Assembly: GCF_000315625.1 (NCBI RefSeq)
Contig: NW_005434492.1
Location: 1-46,869, forward strand
Reading direction: 5' to 3'
Origin: Guillardia theta CCMP2712
Lineage: Eukaryota > Protista > Cryptophyta
Length of the DNA stretch: 46,869 nucleotides
Part shown: positions 33,959 through 46,869 of the stretch, one piece after another
Numbering within the stretch: position 1 is the first letter of the stretch
Layout: each line of letters begins with the position of its first letter
Notes under the pieces: model-generated
Database searches by the model: none
Told to the model about the DNA's origin: nothing
What the model saw: only the letters and a program-made list of their open reading frames with translations
Made by a program: the position numbers and the translations under genes

Positions 33959-36900
33959 CTACAAGAAGAAGTTGTTCACCCTCAGCTGGGGAATAGAGCG
34001 ATGTGGCTCGCTCTTCTTTGAGCTGCCCGAGCTGCCCGAGCTCCCTGAAGGCAACGAGTGAGCGAGTCAAGTGTGAGAGGATGTGCGGGAGGCCCTGCCT
34101 GAACGAGCAGCAGTGTTGTTGAGACGAGCTCCTCGGACAAGCTTGTTGTTGAGCTGCTCCGTCTGAAACTCCATCAACTGAAGGAGCTTGTAAGTCGAGG
34201 AGGAACAGCACAGATCCTCAGCTTCAGTCTTGCCTGGTTGATGCCGTCTGACGACCTTGACGTGTCAAACTGCAAGCTAGCAAGGGACGCGCGAGGAACC
34301 TGCGGGGTTCATTGAGCTCAAACTCTGTCCTTCCTCCTTGTCGCCCCACCTGTGCGATCCTTGAGCGAACATGCCTCTGGTGAGGCCTAGCTGGGATGGC
34401 ATCATGACTCGCGGGTCTGCGTTGACGTGTGAGAAGAGGAGGAGCAGGTGCGAGAGAAGGCACGAGGGAAGGACAGAAGGAAAAGATGCTGAGCAACGAG
34501 GAGCAACTCGACCTGGTTGGAGAAGGTTGCGGGCTTGCGAGCGTCGCCTCGTGCACTGGAACCATTGGAAGAGCTTCGTCGTCCCCTCGCCGCTCCTGCC
34601 TGCGAGTGACACGATGAGCTGTAGGGGAGGGAGGGGAGGACGGGATGAGGTGAAAGAGGAGGGGGAAGGGAGGACGCACCTCTTGAGCGACGAGCTGTGG
34701 GCTGTGTTCGAGGAAGCGATCACGCGCTAGGGACCTGGTGAGACCAACCAGAGGATGAGGCAAGGAACCTTGAAGCGAGCAAGACGATGCTCGGGGTCGA
34801 GCAGAGTCTCCCGTTTCTGCGAGGAGCACGGAGAGGTGAGGCAAGGAGAGGCAGCGATCGTCCTCCTTCACGTTACCTCCTTCTCCCGCGCGAGCTTCTG
34901 GTACTTCATCCTCTTCCTCAGCATCAGCTCCGCAGACTTGCGCACGATCAGCGACGGCTCGAGCAGGAGCCTCTCGCACCTTCACGTTGGAGAAGCCCCA
35001 CTCAGCCGCGATCTCCTCGGCCTTCTTGTTGGTAACGCGGTACTCCTCCTCCATCACCTGCCCTCTCTCAGCCCCTCCCCCCGCTCGCGCAAGCCAGACC
35101 GCTGAGTGATCCTTGCTCTTGCTCTGCAGGCAGGCGTCAGGCTTGCCTCTTGAGGCTCCGCCCACCTTCTTGGACGGAGACTTCTCGACGTCTCCTGCAG
35201 CTGCCTCCTCCTCCTCCTCCTCTCCTCCTCTCCTCCCGTCTCTTCGCTCTTCCTCTTCAAGATGCCCGTCGAGCATGGTAAGCTGCGTGTCCTGAAGCGT
35301 AGAGGGTCACAAGGACGTGGGGAGAGCATGTGCTCACTTGGATCTCAAACGTTCCGACCCTCTCTTGATTGATGGGAGGAAGGTTACCAAACGAGCTTCC
35401 TGCTCCTGCTCCTGCTCCTGCTCCCGGCCGTTGGGCTGGAGCTTTCTCTAGCTGGGACCACAGCTCCTTGTAGTGCAGGAGCTCGTCAACTACAGGCTGC
35501 AGCTCTCGGCGAGAGGCTCCCTGGCTCCTCTTGTCCTTGACAAGCTGTGACAGCTCCGCTATCTTCCTCTTGACTTCTTCTGACTCCTCCTGTGTCCCCT
35601 GCGAAGCCCAACCGCCTTCTCCTCGTTCCCCCAGCCGCAGCTCCTGGTGGTCCGCACGCTTCAAGAGAGCGAGGAGGAGGAGGACGTAAAGGCTTACCTG
35701 TATGTTTCCAACGTCTTCCAGTCTCGTACTGTTGAGGTCTGGTGCCATCAAGGCATCGAGATCGGTGGGAGCTGATCGCCAGAAGTTCTCCTCCTCGTCT
35801 TCCTGCAACATCCAATCGTCCTCCAGGTCGTCGTGCCGCAAGTTGATGGCTGCCAAGAATCGCATCCTCATCACCGCCCGCTTCATCGCTACCGACAGCA
35901 CGCGTAAGGAAGTCCTCATCTCTGCCATGGCCGACATGCAGAGGCTCGTTCGTGCATGCGCTTGCATCACGCTCGCCGCCTCTTGTGCCTCGCGACCATG
36001 GCGATGGCACGACAGCGCAGACGCTCGTCGAGTAGCGGCCTGGAGCTGAGCAGCAGCGAGAGATCGCTGGAGGTCAGAAGCATCCTTCATGCGCCGCTCG
36101 TAGACCTGAACGACGTGAGCGGGTGAGCAGGAACAAGCTCCTTACCTTGCTTCTTGTGAAAGTGCCTGAGTGTGTGAGATGAGCCTTGTCTCTGAGCTGC
36201 TTGACTTGTCGATCTTGCAGCTGGTAGACCTGAGAGCATGTCAAACATGTCAAAACTCCTCGTTCCTGCTGGTCCAACCTGATGAGAATGAACTTGTCTC
36301 TGCCAGTCGAGTTCTCTACCTGAGTGATAACACAGGTTGAGTTTGCTGGATCTTATCGAGTCCTCCATCGCTCGTTCTTCTCTTCTTTGCTTCTGAAACA
36401 GTCTCTCCCGAAGAGAGATCAAGTACAGCTTCAGAGCTATCAGGTTGTTGCGCTTTAGCAAGACCTTCTGCATGCTGCCCTCCTTCGCACCGCCCTCCTG
36501 CTCGTTCTCATGCCAACTCACTTCCATCATCTCACTCTCTCTCCTCAGCTTGCTGTTCAGAATCGCTCGATGGTCCACCCAGACTGCATCCCCTTGGCGG
36601 CACACTAGCGTCTCCATCGAAGCCTTGAAGTGCAGACCGAACATGCCATGGCGACGCAAGTGGAGGAGAACGGAGGCGTCGCCCCGCAGCAGGCACATGG
36701 CGTGTTGCTGCTGGTCAGCCAGCGCAACAGGATGATGGTCAACTTCTTGGAGGTACGGGAGGCACAAGAAGAGGAGGGGGAGGTAGTCCGGGAGCTCCGC
36801 CACTGGGTTGTCGTTGAACCGAACGCGGGCGAGAGACGGGCAGGGGAGGAGGGAGAGGAGGTTGTGGACGTGCGCGACGCGATTGAAGGAGAGGTCGAGG

Positions 36901-39408
36901 AGGGAGAGAGAGGCTCCGATGCCGTACAAGGGAGGAAGGCGACTGATCTGGTTGTCTCCGAGATGCAAGCTCTGCAGGAAGGGAAGAAAGGGGAACGAGG
37001 GGAGAGAAGAGATCTGGTTGCCGTTGAGCCAAATCTCACGCAGAAACATGGAGGAGAAGGAATCTGAAAGAAGAGGTCAGGAGGAGAAGTACGCAAAGAT
37101 CAAGTCACCTGGGAATGAAAGAATCTTGTTCTCGTACATGATGAGAACTTCCAACCTACGACATCCTTCCAACCCCTCGACTGCTGACAGATTGTTGCGG
37201 CCGAGGTTGAGATGCAGCAGTTGTGACATGCTGTTAAGACCTTGCACGGCAGAGATCTGATTTCTGTACAGGACGAGCTTCTCGAGGGAGGAGCAGCCCA
37301 GCAAATCGTTGGGGGACACCAGGGAGATGTTGTTGTTCTGAAGCTCAAGGGTGCGGAGAGCGGAGAGCGGAGCGAGCCCCTTCATATCCGCTATCCTGTT
37401 CACGTCCGCTCGCAAGCTCACAAGTTGGTGGAGGTCTTGCAAGCAGCTCAAGGAACTCAGCTGGTTCTCACGGACTTGCAGGTGGCGCAAACTTGACAGG
37501 CCTCGGAGAGGCTCGAGGCTGCTGAGATGGTTGACGTTCACTGACAGGCTTGTCAAGGACGAGCACAGCTGTATTCCCTCGACAGACTTGAGCTCCTCCA
37601 CGTTGAGCTCGATCTTAGTCACCCTCTTGTAGTCGACAGACCCATACTGCATGTCCAGAGCTGAGAGAAAGTCTGAGGGGCCGGACATCTCGTCTTGGCC
37701 ATGCGAGGTAGAGGCCAAATCTTCTTCACCTCCCCACTCCTCCCCCCCCTCCTCTTCCGGCTTCTTGCTGTCTCTCTGTACCCAACTTTCATGCTTCGCT
37801 CCTCGGAGTTGGTTGAGACTGTCCATGTCTCGCTTGAGTTCGGTCTGAAGGGTCCAGCAGGGGCGTGAGCATGAGAGCTCAGCGTTCCTAGCATCCTCCT
37901 CCTCCTCCTCCGTCTGTTTGCTCCTCCTCATTCTCCTCCGCTGCATTGACCAGCGAGTGATCACTGCGTCTTTCACCGTCCGGAAAGGAGCGTGTGCTCT
38001 GCGAGTCCTCCACGTCTCCTGCGCGTCTCTTTCGCTGTGCTGCAGCTCCTGCGCGATCCTCGACGCCTCTAGCTGCTGCAGCGCGAGCTGAAAGTCTCGT
38101 CGGTCAAGCTGCCGCCTGGCGCAGGCCGTGACAAGCTTAGAAGCAGAGACTGTAAGTTGATGGGCAGAAGCAAATATTGCCCTCCTTGAAGCTGCTTCAA
38201 GTACTGACGCACTCCCCGCCCGCAGCTGCTCGTCTTGTTTCTTTTCGTGTGCAGCCTTGCGTTGAGTTTCAATGCGAACTTCTTCTTGTTTCTTCACAAG
38301 CTCTTTGTGCCAATCTGTGCTTCTGCGCGAACGATTCATCTCGATCTCTTCCTCCTTCTTCTTCATCTCCAGGCGCGCGTTCTTCATCGAGACGAGGATC
38401 TGCTCTTCCTGCTTCTGCATCTCGATTGCTCGCTTCAGCTCCTCTTCTGCCCGCTGCCTCTCTCGCATGATCTTTTCTTCGCTGGCTCTCATCGCCATCT
38501 CAAGATTTCTGCGATGCGCTTCCATCTCGCGCTCAGCACGTTCTCGATCCTCTCGCATCTCCGCCTCTCGCTGCAGCCTCATCCTTTCCGCCTCCTCCCG
38601 GGCTCTTTCACGCGCCTGCCATTCTTCTTCCTTCTTCCTCCTCCTCTCCTCCTCAGCTTGACGTTGCATCGCCTGCATCTCCTGCATCTCTCTCAGGTAC
38701 TTCGCCTTCCTGTCCCTACAAACGAGTCAGCGGACGGGTTTCAGACGTCAAGCTCACCCGTCCGTCTCAGCTGCGGCCGCATCAGCTTGCTTCAAGACTT
38801 CGCTTGTCAACTCGTTGCTGGCCAACGACTGCACGAGCAAGCCAGCACTGGCCTTGACTTGGGACGCAAGGACCTTTCCCTCCTCCATAGACCTCCCGTA
38901 CTCCTCTAGCTTGTTGTCTCGGTCCCTTCGCCGTTGGTGAAACGCTTTCCAGGCTTCCGACGCGTTCTCGCTCGAGCTCTCGTACACCTGGGAGGAGGAG
39001 TCCTCTGCTGGGGTGTGGCTGGGCCAGTCGCTGTGAGAATCTTGAGCTGAAGGATCATCAGAGAGGAGGAGGTGGAGCTGGTCAAGTGCCTTCCTAGCTT
39101 CTGCAAGAAAGATGGTCACGAGGAGGAGGAGAAAGTCTCGAGAGGGGACCTGATTGAGCGGCATCTGCCTCTCTTCCTCTTCGAGGCGAGGAGTCAACAT
39201 CCGTCCCACTAGACTCTTCCAGCTCGCCAACGGCTGAAAGCGAGTCCCATCGTCGAGTGAAATCAAGTCCATCGGACGCGATCAGCTCTTCTTGCACTCT
39301 TCTAATCTCATCTTCTGAGATCGCTCCCAGCTTCGCTAGCTCCGCTTCCAGTTCCTCGTCGATCTCGGATAGATGTTGTTCACCAGCTTCGAATTCGGAG
39401 GAATACAT
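33959..39408 (-). CDS. LRRIQ1: leucine-rich repeat and IQ-like coiled-coil protein (LRRIQ1-like)
   Basis: Acidic N-terminus (EIDEELEAELAKL), an E/R/K coiled coil, about 12 SDS22-like LRRs (LxxLxLxxNxI) with an LRR cap (NDNPVAELPDY), IQ-like motifs, and C-terminal KAEEIAAEWGFSN...AELMLRKRMK recalling animal LRRIQ1. The symbol is assigned from remembered similarity. Confidence 0.75.
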
Positions 39409-40655
39409 ATGGAGAGCGTTGCTGTCCCTTCACCCAAATAAACAGCAAAGCAAAACAGTCGTGGACAATCTATTCGATCTGACCATTTTGATCAACATGA
39501 CCATGCTCAGCAAACTTGGTCAGGGTGCGGAGAAACGTCTACATCATCAACTTTCGATTACCAGTCCTGCTTCATACAGCAGGATCAGCATATGCAATCA
39601 TGAGACTCAACCCCCTGATCACTGTCTGCTTCTTGTTTCTTCACTAGATGCATGTTTTCTTCTTCCCTCTTTCCTACTTGCTCCGTTCCCCGCCTCTCTT
39701 CCCATCGTTTCTCTACACTCCTCTAACCGCTTCAGCCATTTTCACTTGAACATCAAAACTGAACCGCCCGCCTCCCCGCTCTGCCCGACCCTAAGACTTA
39801 CCCTCATCCCCTCTTCAGCCCTACCCACTGCTACTTCTTCATCAGTACCCCCTAACTTTCCACAGTTTGTACCCGTCCCAACCCCATCCCCTAACCTACC
39901 CCCGGCTTTCCCTTGTACTACCCCATAACATGGTGACCAGCCCTATCTTACACAATCCATAAGATGGACCCACCCTATCTATCCCCACTTCAATCTAGGC
40001 AAGACTACCCCCATGTCCCCTTCTGTAGATTACCCCCACCCCATACTCGAAGCACCCTACCCGCTTCCATGATACAAGGCCGAAATGAGGCTCGCCATGC
40101 TTGCTAACTCGCTGAATCACAACCCACATGCGCTCCGCTGCCGTGCAGCATGACAAGTCAACTCTTGCTTCATTGTCTACCATGCCCTTCCTCCTCAAGT
40201 CATTCAGCCATCAGTCATCCCATCTTATCCTCTTTCTTCCCTCCCTGCACCTGCTTGTTCTGGGAAAATCCTTCTGCCCTGGCAAGGAGGAGAGTTTTAC
40301 TCGCATAAGGTAAAAAGTGCCTCAAGCAGAAGAAAGCAGCAACAAGCAAGACCGTCATGCACATATGACATATGTGCATGATGGCCTCCTCCGCCATCAA
40401 ACGTCCACGCGATCTGTTGCTCATCACCTCTCGACATGATACATACCCTCTCACACAGTGTCATTCCATTCCCTCCTTGCCTGCCGGGTAGCTGCTCATT
40501 CCCATCCAGGATCTAGACCGTATTCTTGGAACTTCATTCTTCATGTTCATTCGGGTTGGTAACAATGGTTTCAGGTCACGAGGCACGACGGGAAAGCGAG
40601 GGTTCAATGCGTGAAGTAAAGTTGCTGCCTGCTCTCTGAGAGGAAAAGTCCTGCA

Positions 40656-45418
<4,763 letters not shown>

Positions 45419-45595
45419 GGGAAGAAGCAGATGATGCGGGAGGGGAGGACAAGACCAAGGGAGGAGGAGGCGAACTAGAGGAGAGTAGGAGGTGGAGGGG
45501 GTAGGAGGTGGAGGGGGGGGGAGGCGAGGAGGAGGAGGAGCAGGGGAAGGAAGTGGGGTGGAAACACTTTATTCAACGCTAGAATGAAGGGACTT

Positions 45596-46616
45596 CTACT
45601 GTTGTCGTCTCGTAGCTCCGAACTTCTCCATCAAAATCGCTCGCAGCTCAACTTTCAGCTCCTCCTCTACACACACACTTTGCTTGTACAGCCTCCCCAA
45701 ACTCCCCTCCTGCCCTACTCCTCCTCCGAGGTACACGTCCACCGCCTCCACCGCCTGCCCGCTCGAGTCCCTTCCTACAGTTCCGAGCAGCCCGATGTCT
45801 CCCAGCTGCACCTGCCCGCATGTGTTGGGACAGCCAGTCCAGTGGATCCTGACAGGTCGAGGAAGCGAGAGCTCCCGGTCGAGCTCCTCCGCCATCCTCC
45901 TCGCATGCCCCTTAGTGTTGATCTTCGATTGCCCGCAGAACTGACTACCCGTGCAAGCAACAGTTCCAGCAAGCAGCGGCTGCGGGTAAAGCGAGAAGGA
46001 GGGGAGGGTCTGCTCTAGGGCCTTGACGGCATCCGATACTTTGCTGTCCTCTACATGCGGGATGATCAGGTTGCCCTCTACCGTCATCCGCATCTCTCCT
46101 TCTCCAAACTCCTCGCTCAGCTCGATCAGAGCAAGCAGCTCGTCCGGGTAGATCCGCCCGACCGGCACGTGCACGCCCAGCCAGTTCCTCCCATCCTTCT
46201 GCTTGTGCACCCCGAGGACCTCCCTCCTCTCCCACCTGCTGGGCACGAGGCTACTCCCTGCTCCCTGCAGCCTCGTCCCGGTCAGCTCGCTGTACCTCCT
46301 CCCCACTTCCTCTCTGAACGCGGCAGCTCCCATGTCGTCGAGCAGGAAGGCAAGCCTGCTCTTCGTCCTGGGGTTGTACCGGTACCCCCAGTCTCGGAAC
46401 ACAGAGAGTATGCTTGCTCCTACCTCCCAGCTGCCCTCCAGCGGCACCCAGGCGTCAAGGGGAGCCGCAAACTCGCAGCGGGAGCTGGAGAGGAGGCCGC
46501 CCACGTTGACGTTCCACCCCAAGTTGCCCTGGTGGTCTCGAGCTGGGATGTAGCTGATATCGTTGATGTCGGGGTGCTCGAACAGATGTTTGCTTCCCAC
46601 GAAGCAAACGTTGAAC
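45596..46616 (-). CDS. nirA: ferredoxin-nitrite reductase, 3' exon (5' part lies beyond the window)
   Basis: Motifs FNVCFVGSKHLFEHPDINDI, FRDWGYR..RTKSRLAFL and LGVHKQKDG..WLGVHVPVGRI. Siroheme/4Fe-4S cysteines in ACTGSQFCGQ and HWTGCPNTCGQ. Acceptor CAG at 46617-46619. Confidence 0.93.
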
Positions 46617-46639
46617 TGTTGGCCCACATCAAACTCGTA

Positions 46640-46869
46640 TACTCTCTCTCCTCCCTCCTTGCACACTTCCTTCCTCTTCCCTCTCCCTGTCCCGTCCCCC
46701 TACACCCCCCCCGCGCTTCCTCCTCGTTTCCCATCCTCTCTCTTTCCTTGATGTTCTCCCTCCTCCTTCATCCTTCTCTCCCTCCTCCCTCCCTCTGCTC
46801 ATCCTGCATCGTCCTCACCCGCCCTTCTCCTCGTTCCCCTTTTCTCCCATCTCCTCCTTCTCTCTCCTT
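46640..46869. repeat. pyrimidine-rich low-complexity tract (intron of nitrite reductase)
   Basis: Mostly C/T sequence running to the window end. Confidence 0.8.

Noticed and set aside
38235-38909. Long plus-strand L/S/F-rich ORFs
   Set aside because: Antisense shadows of the E/R/K coiled-coil exon of the LRRIQ1-like gene.

Overview
Gene-dense eukaryotic nuclear DNA with many very short (~45-60 nt) GT-AG introns and a few GC-AG introns. The intron size, a signal+transit bipartite plastid presequence and the gene set suggest an alga with a complex plastid, probably a cryptophyte such as Guillardia (inference, not verified). In order, the window holds: a small hypothetical gene (-); an isolated ~375-bp 28S rRNA fragment (-); plastid-type 6-phosphogluconolactonase (-); a large secreted LysM protein (+); an HBS1-like GTPase with an N-terminal Tudor domain (-); a membrane-anchored collagen with three C-terminal repeat domains (+); hypothetical genes; alpha-glucan phosphorylase (-); an ER thioredoxin-fold protein (-); a coiled-coil membrane protein (+); an intronless CHASE-nucleotide cyclase (-); a bacterial-type thiolase (+); an LRRIQ1-like protein (-); a PNPase-like protein whose catalytic motifs are all degenerate, with two KH domains (+); and the 3' part of ferredoxin-nitrite reductase (-). 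The most unusual items are the pseudo-PNPase, the Tudor-HBS1 fusion, the collectin-like collagen, the intronless cyclase and the orphan rRNA fragment. Exon boundaries were assembled by eye and are approximate.
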